Assembly (NCBI GenBank): GCA_017614315.1
Contig: JAGACA010000020.1
Location: 10,195 to 74,194, forward strand
Length of the DNA: 64,000 nucleotides
DNA from: Clostridia bacterium
GTDB lineage: Bacteria; Bacillota; Clostridia; Christensenellales; CAG-138
Direction of reading: 5' to 3'
Of the stretch, positions 56,960 to 64,000 are shown in pieces (within the stretch, counting starts at the first letter, position 1; every line of letters starts with the position of its first letter). The notes beneath the pieces were generated by a model. That model was not told the origin of the DNA, searched no databases, and saw only the letters and a program-made list of their open reading frames with translations. A program made the translations under genes and the position numbers.

Positions 56960-57679
56960 ATGGCGCTGTTCACCTACGATCTGCACGTCCACTCGTGCCT
57001 GTCGCCCTGCGGCGACGACGAGATGACTCCGTGCAATATTGCGGGTATGGCGCTCATCGCCGGCGTAAAGATCGTCGCCCTCACCGATCACAACTCCTGC
57101 AAAAACTGCGTCGATTTCTTTCATGCCTGCGAGGAATACGGGGTAACGCCCGTCGCGGGATGCGAGCTGACGACGTCGGAAGAGATCCACATGGTATGCC
57201 TGTTTGAAGGCCTGAAACAGGCATTGGAATTCGACGAGGCTCTGCAGCCTTATAGGATGCAGATCCCGAACCGCGTGGAGATATTCGGCAATCAGTTCAT
57301 CATGAAAGAGGACGACGAGATAATCGGGCAGGATCCGTGGTTCCTTCCCGCCGCGACGAGCCTCTCCTTACAGGAGGCCGCCGGGATGGTAAGGAGCATG
57401 GGCGGGATAGCGTATCCCGCGCATATCGACAGGGAGTCGAACGGCATGCTGGCGATACTCGGCATGTTCCCTGACGAGCCCGTATTCGACCTCTGCGAGG
57501 TCAGGGACAAGGAGAACGCCGAGAAGCTCGCGGGCGGAAGGAAGGTAGTCGTATCTTCCGACGCTCACAGGCTTGAGGACTTCGGCGAGAAGCTCAATCA
57601 TATCGAGCTTCCCTGCTCGGAGGACGACGGTCCGGAGGTCATCCGCCGCGAACTGTTCAGAAAGCTTTCCGGCAAGTAA
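56960..57679 (+). CDS. PHP-domain phosphoesterase
   Basis: Contains YDLHVHSCLSPCGD...ALTDHNS...AHIDRES, the PHP metal-binding His/Asp motifs. Confidence 0.75.
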   Translation: MALFTYDLHVHSCLSPCGDDEMTPCNIAGMALIAGVKIVALTDHNSCKNCVDFFHACEEYGVTPVAGCELTTSEEIHMVCLFEGLKQALEFDEALQPYRMQIPNRVEIFGNQFIMKEDDEIIGQDPWFLPAATSLSLQEAAGMVRSMGGIAYPAHIDRESNGMLAILGMFPDEPVFDLCEVRDKENAEKLAGGRKVVVSSDAHRLEDFGEKLNHIELPCSEDDGPEVIRRELFRKLSGK

Positions 57680-57695
57680 CGGGAAAGGGCGCAAA

Positions 57696-58262
57696 ATGAA
57701 GGAACTCTCGCTCAACATACTCGACATCGCACAGAACTCGATCCACGCCGACGCGAGCCTCGTCCGGATACTTCTCGACGAGACCGACGAGAGCCTCGAG
57801 CTTTCGATAATCGACGACGGCAAGGGCATGAGCGAGGAGTTCGTTTCGCGCGTGACCGATCCGTTCTCCACCACCCGCACGACCCGCAAGGTCGGCATGG
57901 GGCTGCCGCTTCTTAAACTGGCGGCGGAGCAGACGGGCGGACACATGACGATCTCTTCCCGCGAAAGGGCGGTATATCCCGACGATCACGGGACCGTCGT
58001 TACGGCCTTCTTCTACAAGAACCATCTTGATTTTACCCCGCTGGGGGACGTCGTCTCCACGGTGGTGTCGCTCGTTCAGGGAAGCCCCGACGTGGATTTC
58101 CTGTTCAGACACACCTTCCCCAATCATACGGTCGAGCTCGACACCCGCGAGATACGCGAGGTGCTGGGGGAGGAGGTACCTCTTTCAAGCCCGGACGTGC
58201 TCGTGTGGATCCGCGAAACGCTGACCGAGCAGTACGAGGGAACGGCCGGAGAGGACGAATGA
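57696..58262 (+). CDS. GHKL ATPase-domain protein (second copy)
   Basis: Starts at the ATG at 57696, internal to the track ORF. Contains NSIHA...IIDDGKGM...KVGMGLPLL. Confidence 0.7.
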   Translation: MKELSLNILDIAQNSIHADASLVRILLDETDESLELSIIDDGKGMSEEFVSRVTDPFSTTRTTRKVGMGLPLLKLAAEQTGGHMTISSRERAVYPDDHGTVVTAFFYKNHLDFTPLGDVVSTVVSLVQGSPDVDFLFRHTFPNHTVELDTREIREVLGEEVPLSSPDVLVWIRETLTEQYEGTAGEDE

Positions 58263-58322
58263 CTTTCGCTGAACCGCTTAAGCGGTATAATTAAAAATGA
58301 TAACCGAAAGGAAATATGTTGT

Positions 58323-58691
58323 ATGAAATCTTTGGAAGAACTCAAACAGATTCGTGAAAAGATGCAGAACAAGGTCATCCTTCGCGAAGGCAGCGCCGAG
58401 AAGCGCATCGTAGTCGGCATGGCGACCTGCGGTATCGCCGCCGGCGCCCGTCCCGTTCTCAACACCTTCGTTGAGGAGATCGCCAAGCGCAATCTCACCG
58501 GCACCGTCGAGGTCGGCCAGACCGGCTGCATCGGCATGTGCCGTTTCGAGCCGATCGTCGAGGTCTTCGAGGGCGACAAGCGCGTGACCTACATCTACGT
58601 CAACCCCGACAAGGCGAGGGAGATCGTCGAGAAGCACATCGTCGGCGGCGAGCCCATCGTCGAATACACCATCGGCGCTGCAGAAAAATAA
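58323..58691 (+). CDS. Small thioredoxin-like [2Fe-2S] ferredoxin (HydD-like)
   Basis: 122 aa containing VGMATCGIAAGA...GCIGMCRFEP. Confidence 0.8.
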   Translation: MKSLEELKQIREKMQNKVILREGSAEKRIVVGMATCGIAAGARPVLNTFVEEIAKRNLTGTVEVGQTGCIGMCRFEPIVEVFEGDKRVTYIYVNPDKAREIVEKHIVGGEPIVEYTIGAAEK

Positions 58692-58707
58692 TCGGAGGGT
58701 TATATAA

Positions 58708-60501
58708 ATGATTCGTTCACATGTTTTGATTTGCGGCGGTACCGGCTGCACCAGCGGCGGTTCCCAGGCGATTGCCGACAACCTTAAGGTCGAGCTCGAG
58801 AGGCTTGGTCTTCAGGACGAGATCCAGGTCATCCGCACCGGCTGCTTCGGCCTCTGCGCGATGGGTCCCATCATGATCGTCTATCCCGAAGGCACCTATT
58901 ACAGCCGTGTCAAGCCCGAGGACGTCAAGGAGATCGCCGAGGAGCATTTCCTCAAGGGTCGTATCGTAGAGCGTCTCGTCCATAAGGAAGAGGCCGGTCA
59001 GAAGCTCGAGGACGTTCCCGCTCTCGGCGAGACCAACTTCTACAAGACCCAGATGCGCGTCGCGCTCAGGAACTGCGGCGTCATCAATCCCGAGAACATC
59101 GAAGAGTACATCGCCATGGACGGCTATGCCGCTCTCGGCAAGGTGCTCACCGAGATGACCCCCGCCGAGGTCATCGACGTAATGAAGAAGTCCGGCCTCC
59201 GCGGCCGCGGCGGCGCAGGCTTCCCCACCGGCATGAAGTGGCAGTTCGCTGCCGCCAACCAGGCCGATCAGAAGTACGTCGTCTGCAACGCGGACGAGGG
59301 CGACCCCGGCGCATTCATGGACCGTTCCGTCCTTGAGGGCGACCCGCACGCCGTTCTCGAGGCCATGGCCATAGCCGGCTATGCCATCGGCGCTTCCAAG
59401 GGCTTCATCTACGTCCGCGCCGAGTACCCCATCGCGGTCGAACGTCTCCAGATCGCCATCAACCAGGCTCGTGAATACGGCCTCCTGGGCGAGGACATCT
59501 TCGGCACCGGCTTCAACTTCGACATCGAGATCCGTCTCGGCGCAGGCGCCTTCGTCTGCGGCGAAGAGACCGCGCTTCTGACCTCTATCGAGGGCAACCG
59601 CGGCGAGCCGCGCAACAAGCCCCCGTTCCCCGCTAACAAGGGTCTGTTCGGCAAGCCCACCATCATCAACAACGTTGAGACGCTGGCCAATATCCCCCAG
59701 ATCATCATCAAGGGCGCCGACTGGTTCGCTTCCATGGGCACCGAGGATTCCAAGGGCACCAAGGTCTTCGCTCTCGGCGGAGCCATCAACAACACCGGCC
59801 TCGTTGAGATCCCCCTCGGCACGACCCTCCGCCACATCATCTATGATATCGGCGGCGGCATCCCCAAGGGCAGGAAGTTCAAGGCCGTCCAGACCGGCGG
59901 TCCTTCCGGCGGCTGTATCCCCGCTCAGTTCCTTGACACCCCGATCGATTACGCCAACCTTACCCGCATCGGCGCTATGATGGGTTCCGGCGGTATGATC
60001 GTCACCGACGATTCCACCTGCATGGTCGATTTCGCAAGGTTCTTCCTCGACTTCACCGTTGACGAGTCCTGCGGTAAGTGCACCCCCTGCCGTATCGGCA
60101 CCAGGCGCCTTCTCGAGCTCCTCAACAAGATCACCGACGGCCGCGGCGAACCCGAAGACCTCGACAAGCTCGAAGAGCTCTGCTACTACATCAAGGCGAA
60201 CGCGCTGTGCGCTCTCGGTCAGACCGCTCCCAACCCCGTACTCTCCACGCTGAAGTATTTCCGCGACGAGTATGAGGCTCACGTTTATGAGAAGCGCTGC
60301 CCGGCCGGCGTCTGCAAGAACCTCATGCATTATGAGATCCAGCCCGATGTCTGCCGCGGCTGTACCGCCTGCGCACGCAAGTGCCCGGTCGGCGCTATCA
60401 GCGGCACGGTCAAGCAGCCCCATCACATCGATGTCAATAAGTGCATCAAGTGCGGCGCCTGCATCGAGACCTGTAAGTTCAACGCCATCGTCAAGAAATA
60501 A
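58708..60501 (+). CDS. hydB: NuoF-like flavoprotein subunit of bifurcating hydrogenase (HydB)
   Basis: Features present: an N-terminal 2Fe-2S domain; the GLRGRGGAGFPTGMKW FMN/NAD site; ESCGKCTPCR; and a C-terminal 2x[4Fe-4S]. Confidence 0.92.
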   Translation: MIRSHVLICGGTGCTSGGSQAIADNLKVELERLGLQDEIQVIRTGCFGLCAMGPIMIVYPEGTYYSRVKPEDVKEIAEEHFLKGRIVERLVHKEEAGQKLEDVPALGETNFYKTQMRVALRNCGVINPENIEEYIAMDGYAALGKVLTEMTPAEVIDVMKKSGLRGRGGAGFPTGMKWQFAAANQADQKYVVCNADEGDPGAFMDRSVLEGDPHAVLEAMAIAGYAIGASKGFIYVRAEYPIAVERLQIAINQAREYGLLGEDIFGTGFNFDIEIRLGAGAFVCGEETALLTSIEGNRGEPRNKPPFPANKGLFGKPTIINNVETLANIPQIIIKGADWFASMGTEDSKGTKVFALGGAINNTGLVEIPLGTTLRHIIYDIGGGIPKGRKFKAVQTGGPSGGCIPAQFLDTPIDYANLTRIGAMMGSGGMIVTDDSTCMVDFARFFLDFTVDESCGKCTPCRIGTRRLLELLNKITDGRGEPEDLDKLEELCYYIKANALCALGQTAPNPVLSTLKYFRDEYEAHVYEKRCPAGVCKNLMHYEIQPDVCRGCTACARKCPVGAISGTVKQPHHIDVNKCIKCGACIETCKFNAIVKK

Positions 60502-60513
60502 GGAGACAGCACT

Positions 60514-62262
60514 ATGGAAATGATCAACATGACAATCAACGGTCAGGCCGTCCAGGTTCCTGCCAACTATACCATCCTGCAGGCTGCCGAATCCGTCGGC
60601 ATCCGCATCCCCACCCTTTGCTACCTTAAGGACGTCAACGCCATCGGCGCCTGCCGCATGTGCGTGGTCGAGGTCGAAAAGGCAAGGTCCAACCCGGTCG
60701 CATGTCTCCAGCAGGTCGCCGAGGGCATGGTCGTAAGGACCAACACCCCGGCTCTCCGCAAGGCCCGCAAGACCACCCTCGAGCTCATGCTCTCCAACCA
60801 CCGCATGGACTGCCTCGGCTGCTCCAGGAGCACCAACTGCGAACTGCAGACCCTCGCTCAGGAATACGGCTGCGACAACCACAGGTTCGAGTTCGGCGAG
60901 CCCATGAAGCCAGACATCGACGATTCCGCCATCCACCTCGTGCGCGATAACTCCAAGTGCATACTCTGCCGCCGCTGCGTCGCAGTCTGCAAGCACAACC
61001 AGCACTGCTCCGTTATCGGCCCGAACCAGCGCGGCTTTAAGACCCACATCGCTTCCGCGTTTGAGATGGATCTCGACGAGACCGCGTGCGTCAACTGCGG
61101 TCAGTGTATCGCGGTCTGCCCGACCGGCGCTCTCACCGAAAGGGACGATACCAAGAAGGTCTGGGAAGCTCTCGCCGATCCGACCAAGCACGTCGTCGTC
61201 GGCCCCGCTCCCTCCGTCCGCGTACAGCTGGGCGAGGAGTTCGGCATGCCCATCGGCTCCAACGTCGAGGGCAAGATGATTGCGGCTCTCCGCCGTCTCG
61301 GCTTTGACCGCGTATTCGACGTCGACAACGCCGCCGACGTCACCATCATGGAGGAAGGCACCGAGTTCATCCACCGCGTAAAGAACGGCGGCAAGCTCCC
61401 GCTCATCACCTCCTGCTCCCCCGGCTGGATCAAGTTCTGCGAGACCTATTATCCCGATTTCCTCGAGAACCTGTCCTCCTGCCGCAGCCCCCAGGGCATG
61501 TTCGGCGCTCTCGTAAAGACCTATTACGCCGAGAAGGCCGGCATCGACCCGAAGGACATCGTGGTGGTATCCATCATGCCCTGCACCGCGAAGAAGTTCG
61601 AAGCTTCCCGCGACGAGCTGCAGACCAACGGCTTAAGGACCATCGACGTATCCCTCACCACCCGTGAGCTCGCGAAGATGATCCGCGAAGCCGGTCTCAA
61701 GTTCACCGAGCTTCCCGACGAGATCTGCGATCCGTTCCTCGGCATGGCTTCCGGCGCGGCGCACATCTTCGGCGCGACCGGCGGCGTTATGGAGGCCGCT
61801 CTCCGTACCGTCTACGAAGTACTCGAAGGCAAGCCGCTTGAGAACCTCGACATCCACTCCGTCCGCGGCACCGAGGCCATCAAGGAGGCCACCGTTCACG
61901 TTGCGGGCATGGACGTCAACGTTGCCGTCACCAGCGGCCTCGAGAACGCGTCCAAGCTCCTCGACATGGTCCGTTCCGGCGAGAAGAATTATCACTTCAT
62001 CGAGGTAATGGCCTGCCCCGGCGGATGTGTCAACGGCGGCGGTCAGCCCCACCAGCCCGGCTACGTCAGGAACTTCACCGATCTGCGCGCCGACCGCGCC
62101 GCGGGTCTGTACGGCGAGGACGCCGCTATGAGCCTGAGGAAGTCCCACGAGAATCCCGAGGTCAAGCAGCTCTACGCCGAGTATCTTGAGGCTCCCGGTT
62201 CCCACAAGGCTCACGAACTGCTCCACACCCACTATATCGCTCGCCCCATGTACCGCGACTGA
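60514..62262 (+). CDS. hydA: [FeFe]-hydrogenase catalytic subunit (HydA, trimeric/bifurcating type)
   Basis: The N-terminus has a 2Fe-2S domain plus further FeS clusters. The H-cluster motifs are TSCSPGW, MPCTAKKFE and EVMACPGGCVNGGGQP. Confidence 0.93.
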   Translation: MEMINMTINGQAVQVPANYTILQAAESVGIRIPTLCYLKDVNAIGACRMCVVEVEKARSNPVACLQQVAEGMVVRTNTPALRKARKTTLELMLSNHRMDCLGCSRSTNCELQTLAQEYGCDNHRFEFGEPMKPDIDDSAIHLVRDNSKCILCRRCVAVCKHNQHCSVIGPNQRGFKTHIASAFEMDLDETACVNCGQCIAVCPTGALTERDDTKKVWEALADPTKHVVVGPAPSVRVQLGEEFGMPIGSNVEGKMIAALRRLGFDRVFDVDNAADVTIMEEGTEFIHRVKNGGKLPLITSCSPGWIKFCETYYPDFLENLSSCRSPQGMFGALVKTYYAEKAGIDPKDIVVVSIMPCTAKKFEASRDELQTNGLRTIDVSLTTRELAKMIREAGLKFTELPDEICDPFLGMASGAAHIFGATGGVMEAALRTVYEVLEGKPLENLDIHSVRGTEAIKEATVHVAGMDVNVAVTSGLENASKLLDMVRSGEKNYHFIEVMACPGGCVNGGGQPHQPGYVRNFTDLRADRAAGLYGEDAAMSLRKSHENPEVKQLYAEYLEAPGSHKAHELLHTHYIARPMYRD

Positions 62263-62270
62263 TATGACCG

Positions 62271-62311
62271 AAAAAAGGGTACGGCTCCATAAGGGCCGTA
62301 CCCTTGTTTTT
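62271..62311 (+). terminator. Hydrogenase operon terminator
   Basis: A6-GGGTACGGC-tccataag-GGCCGTACCC-TTGTTTTT. Confidence 0.8.
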
Positions 62312-62349
62312 GGCGGATCCAAATATATTATCGCATTTCAAAAAAACCC

Positions 62350-62378
62350 TTGCAATCGGCAGACCTTTAATGTATAAT
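62350..62378 (+). promoter_or_regulatory. tRNA-Ser promoter
   Basis: TTGCAA (62350-55), a 17-nt spacer, then TATAAT (62373-78). Confidence 0.7.
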
Positions 62379-62416
62379 AGCTTTCGCTGTTGAAGCGAAA
62401 AACCGAATACTTTCAC

Positions 62417-62509
62417 GGAGGAGTCGCCTAGTTTGGTCGAGGGCGCACGATTGGAAATCGTGTAACGGTCATAAGCCGTTCGAGAGTTCGAATCTCTCCT
62501 CCTCCGCCA
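62417..62509 (+). tRNA. tRNA-Ser (GGA)
   Basis: GGAGGAGTCGCCTAGTTTGGTCGAGGGCGCACGATTGGAAATCGTGTAACGGTCATAAGCCGTTCGAGAGTTCGAATCTCTCCTCCTCCGCCA. It has a long variable arm and an encoded CCA. Confidence 0.95.
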
Positions 62510-62510
62510 A

Positions 62511-62546
62511 ACTCAAATACCGCCCATACGGGCGGTATTTGAGTTT
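62511..62546 (+). terminator. tRNA-Ser terminator hairpin
   Basis: ACTCAAATACCGCCC-atac-GGGCGGTATTTGAGT-TT, a 15-bp stem. Confidence 0.7.
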
Positions 62547-62681
62547 GGCAGTATGTATCGAAGAGATTCGAAGGGCGGAACAGCGAAGCATCCTGTGGAT
62601 GGTTCGCCCGCCCCGTGTTTTGGTCCCTGCACTTTTTGCGCAGTTCGGAGAACAAGCAAAAATGTGCGATAGGGTCAAAAC

Positions 62682-62702
62682 CGAATCTCTCCTCCTCCGC
62701 CA
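62682..62702 (+). repeat. 21-nt exact direct repeat of the tRNA-Ser 3' end (att-like)
   Basis: CGAATCTCTCCTCCTCCGCCA occurs at 62489-62509 (within the tRNA) and again at 62682-62702. A 16-bp-stem hairpin follows at 62704-62742. Confidence 0.85.
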
Positions 62703-62768
62703 TGCAAAAGACCTCTTTTGTCTACCAAAAGAGGTCTTTTGCAACTAAGTGTTCTGGCAAGCCGGAAC

Positions 62769-62920
62769 GTGAAGCAAGGCTCCGCCTTGTGAAGCGCGCT
62801 TCACGCGTGAAGTGTGCCTTCGGCACGATTGCGGAACACTTAACTTCACTTGCCGCGAAGCGGCAAACTTCACTACGCCGAAAGGCGTAACTTCACTTGC
62901 CCTCAAGGGCAAACTTCACT
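62769..62920. repeat. Array of CTTCAC/GTGAAG motifs interleaved with short sequence-variable GC hairpins
   Basis: AACTTCACT occurs at 62842, 62866, 62889 and 62912, a period of 23-24 nt. The copies are separated by TGCCGC-gaa-GCGGCA, ACGCC-gaaa-GGCGT and TGCCC-tcaa-GGGCA. The left half carries the inverted motif GTGAAG at 62769, 62789 and 62807, plus CTTCAC at 62799, with hairpins CAAGGC-tcc-GCCTTG and GTGCC-ttc-GGCAC. Confidence 0.8.
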
Positions 62921-62994
62921 CTTGAATCATTCGCACTTTTCGAGTAAAATGAAAAAAGAAAAGAGATTGACAAATCGGGATTTGGCGGCGAAAA

Positions 62995-63756
62995 ATGGAT
63001 AAAGCAGTTACAAGGATGATAAAAGAAATAGCTTCAATACTGGAGGGACAAATATACGGCACATGGCTGTACGGAAGCGCGGTATTTGATGATTTCCGAC
63101 CGGGATGGAGCGATATTGATTTCGTTGTGCTGGTCAATGAACCTATCTCTGAGAAACAGGCAGAAAGACTGCTCATGTTGCGGCAGAATATGCTCAAAAA
63201 AGAGCCCGACAACATGTATTACCGCTCTTTTGAGGGTGTTATTGCCAACGTAAATGAGTACCGCAGCCAAGCGTTTCAAAGGCTGGTCTATTGGGGAACA
63301 AGCGGTCAACGTATAACTGACCGTTATACACCCGACCCGTTTTCTTTGTTTGAACTGGCAAAGTATGGGAAACGGGTATACGGCGACAAAGAGTGGATCC
63401 TTTCCGCTCCGGACAACGAAGAACTGGTAGCAGCTGTGCGCGAGCATTATGATTGTATTCGTAAATATGCCGTAGAGACAGATGAAAGCATTTATTCGTG
63501 CGGATGGCTACTGGATATTGCAAGGTGTATTTACACCTTGAGAAATGGCGATGTCATTTCCAAAACACAGGCAGGTCTTTGGGCTATTGGGGAGCATCTT
63601 TTTTCAGATGAAGCTCCGCTGCGGAAAACGATCGAAATCCGGAAAAGCCCTCTTCTATACAAAAACAGGGAAGAAATCCGGCAGTGGCTGAAAGGATTGG
63701 GGCCGGTCGTACAGAGTTACGCGGATGTGTTGGAGCAGGAACTGATAAATGTATAA
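62995..63756 (+). CDS. AadA-like nucleotidyltransferase (NTase domain plus DUF4111-like C-terminal domain); substrate unknown
   Basis: WLYGSAVFDDFRPGWSDIDFVVLV is the NTase GS...D(I)D motif. The C-terminal half follows the pattern of the aminoglycoside adenylyltransferase family. GC is low and the RBS is weak. Confidence 0.6.
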   Translation: MDKAVTRMIKEIASILEGQIYGTWLYGSAVFDDFRPGWSDIDFVVLVNEPISEKQAERLLMLRQNMLKKEPDNMYYRSFEGVIANVNEYRSQAFQRLVYWGTSGQRITDRYTPDPFSLFELAKYGKRVYGDKEWILSAPDNEELVAAVREHYDCIRKYAVETDESIYSCGWLLDIARCIYTLRNGDVISKTQAGLWAIGEHLFSDEAPLRKTIEIRKSPLLYKNREEIRQWLKGLGPVVQSYADVLEQELINV

Positions 63757-63836
63757 ATTCCGGTTTGGCGAGGCGGCAAGAGGCGTTACGTTTGTACCTT
63801 CTTACCTTGATTTCGGTACTTTTATACGCTTTTATA

Positions 63837-63879
63837 CAAAAAAGAACAGGCAGGTGCTTGCACCCGCCTGTTCTTTTTT
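63837..63879. terminator. Bidirectional terminator
   Basis: A6-GAACAGGCAGGTG-cttg-CACCCGCCTGTTC-T6. Confidence 0.75.
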
Positions 63880-64000
63880 GGCGCGCCCTCTTAGTCTGTA
63901 TTCGAACCTTTGAGTTTCCGCGCCGGAGGCGTGGAAACTCGAGTTTCACGCAATCCTATAAAGTCCCCGCTTTCTCATAGTCGGGCGTGAAACAATGTTA

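Larger units (their letters stand above)
62510..64000. mobile_element. Possible edge of a tRNA-Ser-associated genomic island (incomplete in the window)
   Basis: Support comes from the duplicated tRNA 3' end and a visible drop in GC with a shift to A/T-ending codons in 62995-63756. The cargo gene is of an accessory type. No integrase is seen before the window ends. Confidence 0.35.

Noticed and set aside
57573-57695. An upstream extension of the second GHKL ATPase ORF that overlaps the PHP gene by about 100 nt.
   Set aside because: The extension is Arg/Ser-rich and overlaps the PHP coding frame. The internal ATG at 57696 has a plausible RBS and begins the conserved domain.
63881-64000. CRISPR-repeat-like GTTTCC...GGAAAC and GTTTCACGC...GCGTGAAAC palindromes, and a minus-strand TGG...TTCGAACC tRNA-like 3' end.
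   Set aside because: The two palindromic units differ in sequence and are not periodically repeated, so this is not an array. I could not pair an acceptor or T-stem to make a tRNA. The region is truncated by the window edge.

Overview
This is a 64-kb, roughly 60% GC chromosomal segment that looks Clostridia-type. That reading rests on gene content: a T-box leader, AddB, Opp-like ABC transporters, a trimeric [FeFe]-hydrogenase, a glmS ribozyme and sigma-A-type promoters. Coding density is high, and the many long antisense ORFs in the six-frame track are GC3 shadow frames, not genes.

Left to right, the window contains:
- the 3' end of a membrane-anchored protein;
- a minus-strand tRNA operon (Val-Asp-Phe-Gly-[213-nt unassigned structured insert]-Cys);
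- a five-gene Opp/Dpp-like ABC importer in which four of the five components are enlarged;
- dnaA, isolated from dnaN;
- lgt and a CofE-like gene;
- a zinc-ribbon protein;
- the cobalamin nucleotide-loop operon cobT-cobU-cobS-cobU'-cobC;
- addB plus a Nudix gene;
- a Phe T-box leader with pheS and pheT;
- prfB with a +1 frameshift site, and argS;
- a sortase, a YebC-family gene and murI;
- the citrate-lyase cluster citD-E-F-C-(RCC1-repeat gene)-citXG;
- a glmS ribozyme placed in front of nagB, a GlmU-C-like acyltransferase and glmM;
- a Cys-rich small protein, trxB and an RHH-gene/clpB pair;
- a small accessory patch with podovirus-like tail genes, a macro-HTH protein and an ECF sigma/anti-sigma pair;
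- a HydABC-type hydrogenase operon with an embedded DRTGG/GHKL/PHP/HydS-like module;
- tRNA-Ser(GGA), followed by a duplicated tRNA 3' end, an unusual 9-mer/hairpin repeat array and a low-GC AadA-like nucleotidyltransferase gene.

No rRNA, CRISPR array or intact IS element or integrase was seen.

The best candidates for something new are:
- the ribozyme-gated nagB-glmM operon;
- the AACTTCACT/hairpin array next to the tRNA-Ser att-like repeat;
- the structured insert inside the tRNA operon;
- the sensor-like module inside the hydrogenase operon.
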